64,000 bases of DNA from the human T2T-CHM13v2.0 reference genome, Homo sapiens, in the NCBI RefSeq assembly GCF_009914755.1, contig NC_060938.1; one strand, 5' to 3'. The notes under the pieces were generated by a model, which saw only the letters and a list, made by a program, of their open reading frames with translations, was not told the DNA's origin and did no database searches. The position numbers and the translations under genes are program-made. Of the stretch, positions 36,411-51,771 are shown in pieces (within the stretch, counting starts at the first letter, position 1; each line of letters begins with the position of its first letter).

Positions 36411-38165
36411 GTGAAAATTCTCACAGTTTACATCAAGTACGTATGGAAGCTGCTTAACACTTTCAATTTAGAAACCTTTGTGATACATCTGGGAAGGTAA
36501 AAAAAAAAAAAAAAAAAGTGTCCCCGAAATGCCTGAAAACCATGCCATCCCTTTCTGATAAATTTAAGCCTTGCAGTGCTGCTTCCAAGCCAAACATCCT
36601 CTGGCATGGTTTCCTCCTCCATGGGTCTAAAAGTTTTATGACAAAATAGAGAAATATATTTTTAATTAAGGGGATTAACCTCAGAGTGAGTGAGAACCTT
36701 CCTGCTTAGATTTGATTAATGTTTCTGGCATTATTCTAGTAAGAGAAATTTTATCAAAGGGAATGAGTGTCAGTCTGTCTCGGACTATGTTTTACTTTTT
36801 TTCCTGTCACTTAGCTTACTTGACTGATGCTGCCGCTTAGTTTTAGGAGACCTTTGCATTAATCTGTTTCTCAGTAGGCTGTGCTATAGGTATGTCTTAC
36901 AAACAGGCAGCATAATTTGGCTACTTACAAAGATAATCCTCTCAGGTTACTTTTCTGGATTTGAGTGTGACTTAGGAAACCTTGCATGAAATGCTATTTA
37001 TCTTCCTTCAAAGGTGAGGATTTACTGGGAATGGATTTTTCTTGTGCTAGAACACCCTTCCTAGATTACCTTCAGTTCCAACTATTTAAAACAGCATTTC
37101 AGAAGATTTAAAATATTTTAATATTTGAAAATATTTAAAATTCTGTCTGGAATGCTCTAGTAAGCCAGAAAAATTCTAGTGACAATGTTGGAAAATTCTA
37201 GTGACAATGTTAACATTTATCCCATGAGGCTAAATGTGACCTGTGTGTTTCAAAATATTCAGGTGCAGCAGAGCTTGGAAATATATAAATTAAAATGATT
37301 TCTTCCTGTATGTTTCAACTCCAAAGCTAGTTTTGATGCTTTAATTTCACATATATTCTAACAGAGTACATGATATTTAGTCACATGTTGAATTTGTACA
37401 ATGCATTATGCATTAGCTTTTAAAAAGTTTTCATACCTATTTGTGATGGCTTTATATCCAGTGATTAGGCAGGACAGCTGTTAAAATTCCTGCCACAGAC
37501 AGAACTAGTAATGTGCCTGGGCTGGAATCCAGAGTATATTTCTATAAGATAAGGACCCTTAAGCAAACAACAAACATAACTACAATACCAGTGTCCACCC
37601 TTTAAAATTCCAATAATTTCCTACCATCATCAAATGTCACCTAACATCCAGTAACTTAATAACATAAAGATCCATTCATATTTTTGCAATTGTCTTTAAA
37701 AATTTTTTTTTGTTTGTTTGTTTGAATCAGTATCTAAGTAAGGTCCAAATAGTATCCTCAGAGTGTCTGTTTTACTTTTGTCTTTAAATCCATGCAAAAA
37801 AATCTTAAAGTCTAACTTATATGTTTTAGTAAGATTATAGTATAACTGTTATATATTATCAAAGAATCTACTATGTCAAAAGAGAATTTATTTTGGAGAA
37901 AAAATCAGGTAACTATGTAGATCTGAAAAAGTTTGATCTGTCAACTTTATAACCTGTGGATGATACGATGCGAAAATAGTCTGTTGATTTTATTAATTTA
38001 GTGGAAAACATGATCAATTCAGTCAGCTCAGGTATTAACAAATTATAAAATTAATTAGCCTTTAAAAAATGTCTTCTATTTGTTGGGTCCACAAATATAG
38101 CCAAGATAATATTTATAAAGGACCACAATTATATATTGACCACAATTATGTGTAAGACCACTTCA

Positions 38166-38498
<333 letters not shown>

Positions 38499-38613
38499 TC
38501 AGTTGAGTAGTTCTTAAGCTTTCAGAAATAATTACAACTATAGTGCAGTGCCTATTCTAATTTTAGAGCTATCTTGTCTAACAATTGGCTCATCACATAC
38601 CAACTATGTATTC

Positions 38614-38908
<295 letters not shown>

Positions 38909-39519
38909 AATTATGTATTATTAAAAATTAGAATAAAATTATACGCATAGATTAGGTTATATAGTACACACACACACTTTGTATGTTAGATGTGTTAGGC
39001 ATAAATTCATACACCTACATGATGATTATTCTGTTGCTTTGTGATTCCATAGATTTGGTGATACTGATAAATATACCAAGGGCAGTTAATGCACTTCAAG
39101 AAATACAGCAAGAATACTGGTACATGGAGAATATGGATGGAGCTTTAATATCTGTAAATTTTACAAACTAAGTGGAAAAATAGAATTATCTACCTAATAG
39201 TAAGGTAATCGTAGTCTTTAGGATCAGCAGGATAAAAGTCATGTAATGTAGGAGTTCTATCTTCTGGGTTTAAATTCTACCCAAACTCTTACTGGTTTTA
39301 CAACTTAGACACAATTGTTAATTTTTCTATGCCTATTTCCTTATATGTGAAATGAAATGATATCTACTCCAGGGTTGCTGTGAGAATTAAATGACAAAAT
39401 ACTTGTTTGTCAAATGCTCAAAACAGTGCTTTGCACACAGTAAATATTTAATACATATAAGTTATGGTATTTCTTAGTCTATTTATCAACATTGTTTCTC
39501 AGAGAATTTACTTAAGTGA

Positions 39520-39782
39520 TTTTTTTTTTTTTTTTTTTGCAGTGGTGCGATCTCGGCTCACTGCAACCTCCCCCTGCTGGGTTCAAGCTTCTCCTGCCTC
39601 ATCCTCCTGAGTAGCTGGGATTACAGTTGCCCGCCACCACGCCCGACTAATTTTTGTACTTTTAGTAGAGATGAGGTTTTGCCATGTTGGCCAGGCTGGC
39701 CTCCAACTCCTGACCTCAGGTGATCCGCCTGCCTCGGCCTCCCAAAGTGCTGGGATTATAGGCTGAGCCACCACGCCCGGCC
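39520..39782 (-). mobile_element. Alu lacking ~30 bp before its A-tail
   Basis: Poly-T joined directly to GCAGTGGTGCG; CTTAAGTG on both flanks. Confidence 0.88.
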
Positions 39783-40818
39783 TTAAGTGTGTATTTTTTA
39801 GCTAAAGGCTAGTCTTTTAAATATATAGTATTATTTTAGCCATCTTCAGTAGAAATATTTCCAAAATGTATTAAATGCTCCATTAATTTATGCCAATATT
39901 CTGAACACAGTGTAATTTTCATATTGATTCAAGTTCATTACAAATACTTACCATTGCCCTGTAGTTCAGGTTTGTTATAGGGGTGTTGAAGTCTGTTTCA
40001 AACTCCAAAATGGCCTAAGACTGATTATGCTCTTGCTTTCACATGTGTAAGCTTGCATGCCTTTCACAGTCACCCCCTTCCTTTCCCTTTCTAACCCACT
40101 GTAGACTGAGAAACCTGATGAACAGGTTTATTAGAATTATGCTGAAAATAAGACAAAGTGAGCTAGCAGGAATTGGAAATGGCTCTTCTGAGTGTGACAC
40201 CTTTACCCATTAGTCAGGGACTAATCCAGCTCCACGAGTCTTTTATACTTATTTCTGGATCCTTGGCTACACTTCAAATAGCTGAGGTTGTTGGATATAA
40301 TGTCCACATTAAATAAGTATTAATCTAATGACAATAGTGCTTTAAACTGAAATATGGTAGAGTCAATTACAGTGCCATTTTGCAGCTTTATTGAGGTGTG
40401 ATTGGCAAAACTTGCATATATTTAAGGTACACAATGTGTTTTCATATATGTATATACTGAAATGATTACAATACTCAAGCTAATTAAAATATCCATCACT
40501 TCACATAGTTACCATTTTTGGTGTGGTGAGAACACCTGAGATCTACTCTCTTAGCAAATTTCAAATATACATTATTAACAGTAGTCACCATACTGTATAT
40601 TAAATCTCCAGAATTTTATAATTGAAAGTTTGTACCCTTTGACCAGTATCTCCCCTTTTCCCCCACACAGTGACATATTTTGAAAAATCTATTCAGAACT
40701 TTCCTACAAACAACTAGGTCTTAAGCTCTCAGTAGATCTTTGAGCCTCTTTCAAGTTACTGTGATTCAGTAATGCATGAAAGGATAGAAAGCAATACTCT
40801 GTCCTCCTGCCTTGGTCA

Positions 40819-41202
40819 CTGCTATGGTTTGAATGTGTCCCCTCCAAAATTCACAGTTTAGTCCCCAATACAACAGACTTGGAAAGTGGGGTCTTATGGG
40901 AGAAGTTTATTTAGGTCATGAGGGCTTCACCCTCATGAATGTATTATTGCCCTTATAAAAAGTGCTTACAAAAGTAGATTAGCTCTCTTTCTGCCATGTG
41001 AGATTACACTGTTGCTTCGGAGGATGTTGCATTCAAGGTGCCATCTTGGAGGTGGAGATAGGGCCCTTACCTGACACCAAACCTGTTGGTGTCTTTATCT
41101 TGGGCCTCCCAGCCTCCAGAACTGTGAGAAATCAATTATTAATATTCTTTCTAAATTACCCAGTTTCAGATCTTCTGTAATAGCACAAAATGGACTACAA
41201 CA
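40819..41202. mobile_element. MaLR solo LTR (MST/MLT1A-like)
   Basis: TGCTATGGTTTGAATGTGTCCC...GCCTCCAGAACTGTGAGAAAT...AAATGGACTACAACA. Confidence 0.75.
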
Positions 41203-41543
41203 GTTGACTTTAGACTCAGCATTGTGAAACAAGTCAGTCCATGAACATTCATTTGTTTGTAACTTGGATCAGTAAATTACAAATTATTTTTTAAAATAGG
41301 AAATAACAAAATAATATAATGAATGCCCAATTACAGATAAAATTACCTTCATGCCCATCCACACTGATCCTTGTCCTCATGCCTGCCTCATAGGTAAGCA
41401 CTCTTGTGAAGAGGGTGTGAATGTTTTTTGTTTTTCATTATGAGAGAGTATATATTGAAGGATTCATTCAGAGCTAAAAGGCAAATAAACTGATAACTGA
41501 CAATATACAAGCTTAAGGAGGAAAATGAATGACAAAATTTCTA

Positions 41544-41891
<348 letters not shown>

Positions 41892-42527
41892 TTACTATAG
41901 CATTTAGATTCCATTATACATATTTTAAGAAGTCATGTATGTAATTTACTTTAAACTGCTGATGTTTATATCTGCTAAGATTATGACCAATGTTACATGT
42001 TTAACTTAAAAATATGCAAAGGGGTACATTTTTAGGGGCTAGGAAAACAAGTTAGAAAACATGGGATTAGAGAATACATCTAAAAGTGAAAAATCTGGGT
42101 TACAGGGCACAGGCAACTTCAACTTTACAAGATATTGCAAGTTTGCTTTCCAAAATGGATATATCAGTTCAAGTTCCACCTGTGTTTCCTCTTCCTTGCC
42201 AACACATGGTATATCTTGCCCTTTTAAAAAAATCTTTCAGAAAGGATGATTCAAGTATCCTGAAAACTTACTCATAATACATCATCCGTTTCTTTCCACA
42301 ACCAGCAAACCAAATTAATTAGTATACTGTACCAGGGGTGATACCCTGCAAGGACACCTAATGAGTCCTGGGGTGGCTGGAGCCTGGGTTGGTTGCCTTC
42401 TGATGCTTTCAGGCTCTTCTGAGCAGTGGGAGTGGAGCTGATTCTGAAAGTAGGCCCTGGACAGAGAGCAAACTCAGATACTCACTATTCCTAGCCAGAT
42501 GAGTCACTGTCCATCACAGAAAAGGGT

Positions 42528-42547
42528 GGGGGGGGGGGGGGGGGGGG
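42528..42547. repeat. Poly-G run (G20)
   Basis: Visible in sequence. Confidence 0.95.
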
Positions 42548-44309
42548 CGTCTACAAAGCTGTGAAAGAAATACGTTCCAGGTGTCCAAAGAGCAGGAAGG
42601 AAGCCCAAGTGTGAGGCCCCCAGGTGTGGCTAGTTGGATTTGAAAGGGTTGGGAGCTGGAGGTGGGAGGAGGGCTCCCTGCAGCCTCTAATTGCCTTCAC
42701 ATATATATAAAGTTGGTGGCTGTTTACTCTTCAGTGGTGTCTCACCTAGCAGTAGGATTATGTAAGGGAGATTACAAATTAGAGCATCATGATTTTAAAA
42801 TAATTGTAATAAACATCAATTTGAATTTGAACTTAACTCACAACATTATTTCCCAAAGAAGGAAGCGTTAAATTTCTTAGTTTCAACTGCATAAATTAAC
42901 GAATGGTTATTTTTAAAAAAGACCTAAAAATTATTACCTGTTTGTGGGGTGTTTCTCATTGGTGACAGTATTAAAACATTTTAATCAAATGTCAATTAAA
43001 TCAATTAAAACATCTGGCAAGATTTTATTTGAAAGTTCCATACAAATTCAGTATTTTTCCTCAAATCTTCTACATTTTTTCATCAATTATATAATTTTAA
43101 AAAAGTAATTTTTTTCTCTAATTCTTTCTGGTTTATACCAGTATGCTGTACAATATTTTCTATGTGTGCTACAACATGACAAAGGTTGGGAAACATTGAT
43201 ACAATGTGGTATGGTCCCTGGGTATTATTCACATCTGCTGTGTTACTCCATTAGCACTGTGTTATGTTACTGGCTTCATAAGGATCCAATATGACTCATG
43301 CTCTAAGTCCCAAGCAAGTTTCCCCATCTTTGTGTTCAATTTCTGCATCTTTGTGGTGGGGAAATGGAAAGTAATTTTAGATAGATATGTAAATTTCATA
43401 TAGTTTAATAAGCTATGTTTTGAAAATATTTAATACCTTGGTTTAAAGATGATCTTGTGTATCTGTGAGCTACTGAGCTAACAGCAATGGAAAATTTCAA
43501 TGAAGAATCGGAGTTTTAGCTAGCCAAGACCAATCCTTCATTTTAGAGATGAGGAAACCAAAGCTGAAAGAGGAGTCTGTGCTCAAGTAGAGCCAGAGCT
43601 TAGACTAGAAAACAGATGTCAAGCCTCCCAAATTTAGAGCTTTACTACAATAACCTTAACTTGCATGCTATTCATATTAGTAGACTTTCCTTTTTCGTAC
43701 ATTTTGGGTACGTCTTAAATATATACTTAAACATGTTGATTCATTCAAAGGACTCAGATGTGTCCAGGAAAGTAACGAAGTGGTAAGTAAAAAGTATAAG
43801 GACAATTATTTGTGAACACCAGATTATTCCAAGATAAAGCAGTGCCTGGAAGAGTCAATGTCTGGAATGATAAGGAAGGGAAGATGGAAGGAAGAAAAGA
43901 AGTCCTTTTGTTTCCTATGAATAAGAGCTGTGAGTCTCAACAACCAAGAACAGAGATCAGAATACCAAAATAAATAAAGGAATATAGGGGTTTATGAAGA
44001 ATTTAATATTGGCATATCTAAGTATTTTTGCATTTGGTATAGGAATCTTCTTTTAAAAAAGCAGCCCCTCTAGTCTATAAATTAAGTTTTACCATATTGA
44101 TAATGTAATGTATTCTAGGTGCATAATATACTGAGATTTTGTGCTAAGAAATCCAGTGTTTGTTTGCTTTTAAGCTTGTATTTTGTCAAAGTGAATTTCT
44201 GTAAAAAAATCTTCCAAACTATTCAGCTAAGACTTTTTATAATGTATCTCAAATTTAAGCTTTGCTGCACCAGAATACAACCAGAATACTAACACATTAT
44301 TATACACAA

Positions 44310-46143
44310 TATAAGGATTATTGCAGTTTATTTAACACTAAAAGTAGTCATGCTTCATATACAATAAAATATATTACAATGATCATTTTTAATGCTTTAT
44401 TCATTGATTAAAAGAATATACATTTAACATAAACCATACAACATCAGTCATCAGGTCAAACATTCAGCTGGTTTCCTTACAGTTTCTGTCAGGAGTTATT
44501 TTATCTGATCACATTTATAAGATAAAATCTCACCACATCTGGCATTTACACACACTGTGCCAGTGGATTCACACTACTGATGTACATATAAAATCCGCAT
44601 GGTATGTGCTCACTGGAGACAAAACAGTGCACACCTGTCAAAAGGTCATTTTAATATAAGATGGTAAAACCATTTGTAAAACACATATAAACTTTTTTCC
44701 ATAAATAGAATCATATCTGGACATCTGTTGCATAAATTGTGTTTCCAAAGCTTACAATAGAGCAGCCAGGTCTCAGCACTGCTGGGCACCCAGGTTGGCT
44801 ACTTACTTTATTATTGCAGACTGTCCTTTAACATTAAATGCACAACATTCGTACCACTTAAAACTGGGGTCAGGTGGAAGTCTCACAGAGACCACGTCTG
44901 TACCGCGGTTGCCCTGAAACAGTTAATAGGCTTTTAAAGCCTCTCAGATATAACAAGGTTTTAAAACATACTTCATGGAATGTTCTTCATGTATCATAGC
45001 AGCTCATACCTGTGATAGAACAAGCTTTCAGTTTTTCCTTTCTTTCCTTTACATTCACTATTCACAGTGAAACAGGTGCATGTTTTTTTTTTCTTTTTTT
45101 TTTTTTTTTGTTTTGTTTTTTCAGAGTTCTGAGGTTGCTGACTGAGCCACAGCACAGCTGTGTACCACAGGTCGAAATTCGACCTTAAATATTACAATCT
45201 AGCAGTATCTGGCTGGCCAGAGTGGGCCGGCCCCTGCCAGCATGTGGGCACTTCTTCATTAAGTCTATTCTTTGGCAGCTGACACGCGTGCTGACAGAGA
45301 AAAATCCAGTGACTTGTTGCTAGGGATTTCACGACTAATGTTTTTGCAAGCATGTGTATTTACAACTCTGTGTTTTTATTTCCTTTAGGAGATTTTACTC
45401 TGAAATACAGTTTCTTTCTTCCCCCACTATTTGAAATCTGGGCTAAATGAATGTGTAATGTAATTGATGAATAAAATTATGTCAGATATAGTTAAAAAAT
45501 CCAACAATTTCAGTATTCGTGTTTACGTAAATGCATTTTTTTTAAAAGGATTAAGCAATGTTCTAACCTAGTACTATACAAAATTCAAAATGGTAACTGG
45601 TGATATCAACTATTAGATATGTAATGAAAGTTAAAGTCTTGGCTTTTCTGTTACAGATAATTCATTTGGGATATTATTTATCTTCCATTTGAAATCAAAA
45701 TTAATGAAATGCTATCAGAATGCATGGATGCAGTGCATTGCATATAAATCTACCAGGCTATGGATATATATCTATATATGTATAAAAATATTTTGGCTCC
45801 TGAGCTCTGAACTCTGACACACAAAGAATAAAAACGTCAAAAAGGCAGAGTAACTCAGTGAAAAATAAAGTTAGCCAGCAACCTCAGACAATCTTCGGCT
45901 GTATATCCTTAAGGTTTGGTAACAAGTCCATTAACCGTGAAAGCCCTATACATTGTCACTTTGAACTTCTAAACCAATACCCGACTACGTTCTTTGATCA
46001 AGAAGTAGAATATACATATATAATTCTATAAAGCTAATACTGATTAAACACAGCACAAAAGGATTAATTCACACTACTGAAAAAAAAACATAATAGGACC
46101 CTACTTGCATATGTAACCACAGGAATTCTACATTAAAAAAAAG
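44310..46143 (-). other. FBXO33: FBXO33 3' UTR (3' end approximate)
   Basis: Repeat-free AT-rich sequence downstream of the stop codon; minus-strand AATAAA at 45375-45380, 44807-44812, 44396-44401 and 44327-44332. Confidence 0.75.
44327..44332 (-). terminator. FBXO33: Probable distal polyadenylation signal of FBXO33
   Basis: AATAAA on the minus strand followed by U/GU-rich sequence. Confidence 0.6.
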
Positions 46144-46415
46144 CTAAATGTCTTCACTGAAGCTTTGCATCTCTCTGTAAAAATGACGATTTGGTTCAGT
46201 GAAGACACTGAGTGATTCGATGTCCATGACTGCATGCCAAGGTTGACCCAGGCCCAGGGATACCTGCTCAATAAGGTTATGCACTGGATCTACATCCTGG
46301 TCGGCCAGTTCACCTTGGTCAAAATCAATGCTTTCTTCGGTGACTTCAAGCACTTTCAGATCAGAGCCCCGAAGACGAGCAATGGCAATGAGGTTGTGTG
46401 CCCACACCGTGTAAC
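46144..46415 (-). CDS. FBXO33: FBXO33 last coding exon
   Basis: Acceptor TTTCAG|GTTAC; encodes (G)YTVWAHNLIAIARLRGSDL...EMQSFSEDI*; phase matches the previous exon. Confidence 0.96.
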
Positions 46416-47803
46416 CTGAAAAATAAACAAAAGACAACACTGTAATTTCCTTGCATTTCCTTTTCTCTTTGGTAAGTCTGTCTTTTCCTCATTCAAAGCT
46501 TCTAGAGAAGCTTCAAATTTGTATCTCACTTACCGTTTTGGTCTTTTTCCTTTAGAAATATATTGAAATTGGAAAAGGAAACATGGTTGTATAGCCCAGA
46601 AAAAAAAAGGCTAGAAGTTGTGTTCAAGAGTTACCGCTATAGGTGGTGAATTGGCAGGTGATCTAATCCTTTATGACACTACTTCATTCAGTAAAATAGA
46701 CATTTAAAGTATATACAAATAAATTTTATAGCTTTGGGTAAAGATGTACCATAAGGATGAAATTTTTAGTTCATATATGCATGTATCTGTTAACCACACG
46801 TGGTAAATGTATTTTTCATTTGTGAAAAATCATCTCCTATAATGCTTTGCGAAGTTATGTAGTGACACTTTAAAGGTAAACTGTTAATTGTCAGTAGCAA
46901 ATACGTAAATTATAAAACAATCATGTGAATGATATGCACCAACTTCAGAATAATAACTACTTCTGGGAAGGAATAAAGAGGAATGAATACGGGGAGCTTT
47001 AGCATAAAGAAGAAAAAGGCTTTAAAAAGACTGGCTTAAATTAACTTTTAAATAACCTGATATGTCTTTAGCCCATTGTGTTTAGCACTTTCAGTATTGA
47101 TCTAGTCTTTTCTGCTACCTCTGATGACTGGCATAAAGCAAGACTTGAAAAGCAAGGCATACATTCCCAAATACAAATGCACACTAAAAAAAAAATAATG
47201 AAACAGTGCTAGTAGGATAGCTAATAAGAGAGTTTAAGACATTCTTATAGACTACTTTGTAATTATCTTACAAGTATCCGAAAAGGAAGTAAATTTATTT
47301 GTCAGAATACCAACTCTAGATCCAAATGAGAACAGGTCACATTAAAATGAAAGAAGCATATCAATGGAACCATCGTTAAAAAAATTATATACATTAATAC
47401 TTTGATACCAAGAATCTAAAAGATGAGGTAGTGAGCATGAAAGAAATCATACATTCTCTTCCCCCGCACTATGTTTTAAGGGGTCGTGTGATTAGAGGAA
47501 ATATATCTACCACAGGTATGTGTGCTTTCTTAGCTAAATTAATTTCACTGATTTTTTATGAAATACCGCCATTCACATGATGGACAAAAAAGTAACAGGG
47601 AAGCTGGAGCAGAACACTTGGGTTTGAATATGATTTTCCTTTTGTAAGTGATATATCTTGCAAACTTTAAAAAGCATAAGAATCTGTATATCAACTTGAT
47701 ACAAGATTTCTTGATACTATAAAGGTCAGTGCTATCTCTTTACTGGCAGAAAATGTTTTCGGTCTAATTCCAGTATCAGATTACAATGAACAAGATCACC
47801 TAC

Positions 47804-48489
47804 CATGAATTGCCAGAAGAGAGAGCTTTGTGCACCTCCATGCTAATAAAACCAACGGATCTTCATTTCGGTTGTCACTAAGATCTGGAAAACCAGATGT
47901 GTCAATCACATCATTCATTAAAATAAAATGAGTGAGGAACTTGTCATATTGCCTGGATATAAGATCAACAATAGCCCCTGAAACACAAGTGATATAGCTA
48001 TCAAAATGAATCCTCTCTAGTGGTATACTGGGTTTCAGAATCTTTAACATATCTTCACTCTTGATATCAAAAGCCATTATATAGACCCGAAAGCTGGTGC
48101 TCTTTCGTGACAGGGCTTTCCAATGCTCATCATTTGGCATGTTGTCCAGAGACTTGTGCATTACAGAAACATTGTGAACCAGAAGAGACAGTCGTTGCAA
48201 AGGCACATGGTTGCTATCAGTTAAGACTCTTGCCATCTCAGCTGTAAAGTCACAAAAATCCAAGGCAAGTGAGTGCAGATTCACAAATCGCTCCAGTTCA
48301 ACTGCAGTAATAAGAGTGCTGTTACCAGGAATATTATTGTCCAGTAAACTGAGGTGCTCCATGGTGTTGGCAACAGCATTAGAGAGAGATGACAGTGATG
48401 TTGGGGTTACTATTTCCAGCATAAACCCACAGGACAGCCATTTCAGTTGCCTACTATTACTCAGGATTTCTTCAAACAGTTGCTGAATT
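47804..48489 (-). CDS. FBXO33: FBXO33 penultimate exon (686 bp)
   Basis: Acceptor TTTCCTTATAG|AATT, donor CATG|GTAGGT; encodes IQQLFEEILSNSRQ...LSLLAIH. Confidence 0.96.
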
Positions 48490-49027
48490 CTATAAGGAAA
48501 ACACATGCCACAGTGATCCCATTAACATTTAGTTCTAATCTTTTAACACTGACTTTTGAAAATAGGCAATGAAAAGCATGCAATTTGAGATCTATTTTTC
48601 CTCATTAGGTAATTTCGATTCAACCCACAGTAAATACCATTAAAATTCACATTAAAATATAATGAATAAGGTATATTAAACATACAGATCTATTAAACAC
48701 GTAGAAATATGTTCCTCATCCAAGAAAAGCACCACTTATACCCGTTTAGTAGAAAAGTAGGATAACATACAATTTATGTTATAGCAAAGGCAAGTAGAGG
48801 AATAATTTTAAATAGCAATAATTATCCACTAAGTTACTTGATTTTTCTTAAAGATTTATGAGATGGAATGGCAGATGCTGATCACTGTATTTCACCATTA
48901 AAACATTTCCAGGACCTATGTTCCTTTTAGGAAAAAAATCATTACTCTTCTGTTTGTATCTCATAATTTCTTAGGAAAAACATATTATTAATAGTACAAC
49001 CTCCTTTCCATTAACCATATAACTTAC

Positions 49028-49138
49028 TGTTTAATTTTTTTGCCATCAGGGTCCACCTTGCTGAGGTATGTATTTGACAAACTTCCTTGCTGTTGTAGAA
49101 CACTTATGTCTCCAAAAAGACTAAACTTCTGAAGGTTC
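49028..49138 (-). CDS. FBXO33: FBXO33 internal exon (111 bp), not in the ORF track
   Basis: Acceptor TTGTTCTTGTAG|G, donor CA|GTAAGT; encodes NLQKFSLFGDISVLQQQGSLSNTYLSKVDPDGKKIK(Q), in frame with the next exon. Confidence 0.93.
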
Positions 49139-49201
49139 CTACAAGAACAATCATTTAAAATGATTTGCTAAATAATTTATACTTAAAAAATATAAATATA
49201 A

Positions 49202-49505
<304 letters not shown>

Positions 49506-49938
49506 CAGATTTCTTTATACATACAAAGCAACATGATACAGGAGAAGTGGCATAAGCTTTAAAGAACAAGGACCAGGGTATAAAGATTGGTTCAGGAACT
49601 AAATTTATAATGACCATGGAAAAGTCTCTTAATGTGCGTGAGACTCAATTCTTCATCAGTAATAACAATACCTACCTTATAGGGTTTAAGGATAAATGAC
49701 ACAATGATATATGACAAACTATGTAAGCTCTAAATTTTATAGAGATGATAATTACAATATAAACATGTCTCAAACCAGTTAATTTAGTCAACATGTTAAA
49801 TGCTCCAGGGTAAGTCACTGCCCTGAAGATATCTACTCAGTTAAGAAATATTCCTTAACTGAAATCTAAAGAGAACCTTCTCCAGTTTTATGATCAAACC
49901 ATACAGCTTATGAACAACAGAAGTAGAAAACTATGTAA

Positions 49939-50185
49939 GGCCAGGTGCGGTGGCTCACACCTGTGGTCCTGGCACTTTGGGAGACCAAGGCGGGGGGAAT
50001 CGCTTGAGGTCGGGAGTTCGAGACCAGCCTGGCCAACATGGCAAGACCTTGTCTCTAATGAAAATACAAAAATTGGCTGGGCGTGGTGGTACATGCCTGG
50101 AATCCCAGCTGAACTGGGAGGCGGAGGTTGCAGTGAGCCAAGATCATGCCACTGCACTCCAGCCTGGGAGACAGACTCTACCTAA
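49939..50185 (+). mobile_element. Alu with internal deletion
   Basis: Alu consensus; TAGAAAACTATGT flanking duplication. Confidence 0.88.
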
Positions 50186-50429
50186 GAAAACTAGAAAACT
50201 ATGTTAAAATCTTTTGGTTTTAGATAATTTTAGCTACAAAACATATAGTTTTCTGATAGTAAAATTGTAAATAAAATAGGAGAAAACTGGATGAAGAGAA
50301 AACTCCTAAGTCCAATAATAACGAACTAGATATTTCATTTATAACATAAAACTTAGGGATAATTTCAATTAAAAAATGTATCATCTACAACAGTGATACA
50401 AGATTTAAATAAATGAAAAATACCATTTC

Positions 50430-50664
50430 TTTTTTTTTTTTTTTGGAGACAGTGTCTCACTCTGTTGTTCAGGTTGGAGCGCAGTGGTATGATCACGGCT
50501 CACTGCAGCCTCAACCTCCTGGGCTTAAGTGATCCTTCCAGCTCAGCCTCCTGAGTAGCTGGGACCACAGGCATGTGCCACCATATGTGGATAATTTTAA
50601 ATATTTTGTATTTGTTGGACTCTCAAAGTGCTGAGATTACAAGTATGAGCCACCATGTCTGGCC
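50430..50664 (-). mobile_element. Alu (AluJ-like, internally deleted)
   Basis: Reverse Alu; TGAAAAA(T/C)ACCATTTCTT flanking duplication. Confidence 0.85.
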
Positions 50665-50941
50665 TGAAAAACACCATTTCTTGATGGTATGTCACATTTT
50701 CTCAAGTAAATCACCTTAATTTCACGGAAAAGCCCAATGATTCTAAAATTTAGCTTGAGGAATAATCATTAATTCGTTTATTCATTTAACCAACAATTCC
50801 CTGAGGGCCTACGAAGTACCAGGAACTGTGCTATATACTAGAGACACAATAGTGATTCAGTGCTGTGAAGGACAAGTACATGGTGCTACATATCATGGGC
50901 ATATTTGACACTGTAAGGGAGAGCAGGCGTCCCTAAATTGA

Positions 50942-51250
<309 letters not shown>

Positions 51251-51492
51251 TTTAAATGGATCTTAAGAATAAGTGGAAGTTAACCAGGAGAAGTAAGGTA
51301 GGGAGACAGCATTATAGGGAAAAGGAAAAGCATTTGCAGCACTTGAAGAGATCAAAGCGAGCTGAAAAGAATCCAGAGTGACTGGAGTACAGAGAGTAAG
51401 TGAACATGAAATGATGACGTAGAGGTAGACAGGGTTCTATGTCAAAGAAAAAATTTTGTAAGCTGCTCAACAATCATTTTAAGAAAAGAATA

Positions 51493-51771
51493 GGCTGGGC
51501 GCGGTGGCTCACACCTGTAATCCCAGCACTTTGGGAGGCTGAGGTGGGTGGATCACGAGGTCAGGAGTTCGAGACCAGTCCGGCCAACATAGTGAAACCC
51601 CATGTCTAATAAAAATACAAAAAATTAGCCAGGTGTGGTGGTGTGCTCCTGTAATTCCAGCTACTTGGGAGGCTAAGGCAGGAGAATCGCGTGAACCTGG
51701 GAGATGGGAGGTTGCAGTGAGCCGAGATCACGCCATTGCGTGTGATTCTGTCTCAAAAAAAAAAAAAAAAA
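51493..51771 (+). mobile_element. Alu (AluSg-like)
   Basis: Alu consensus with A-tail. Confidence 0.88.
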
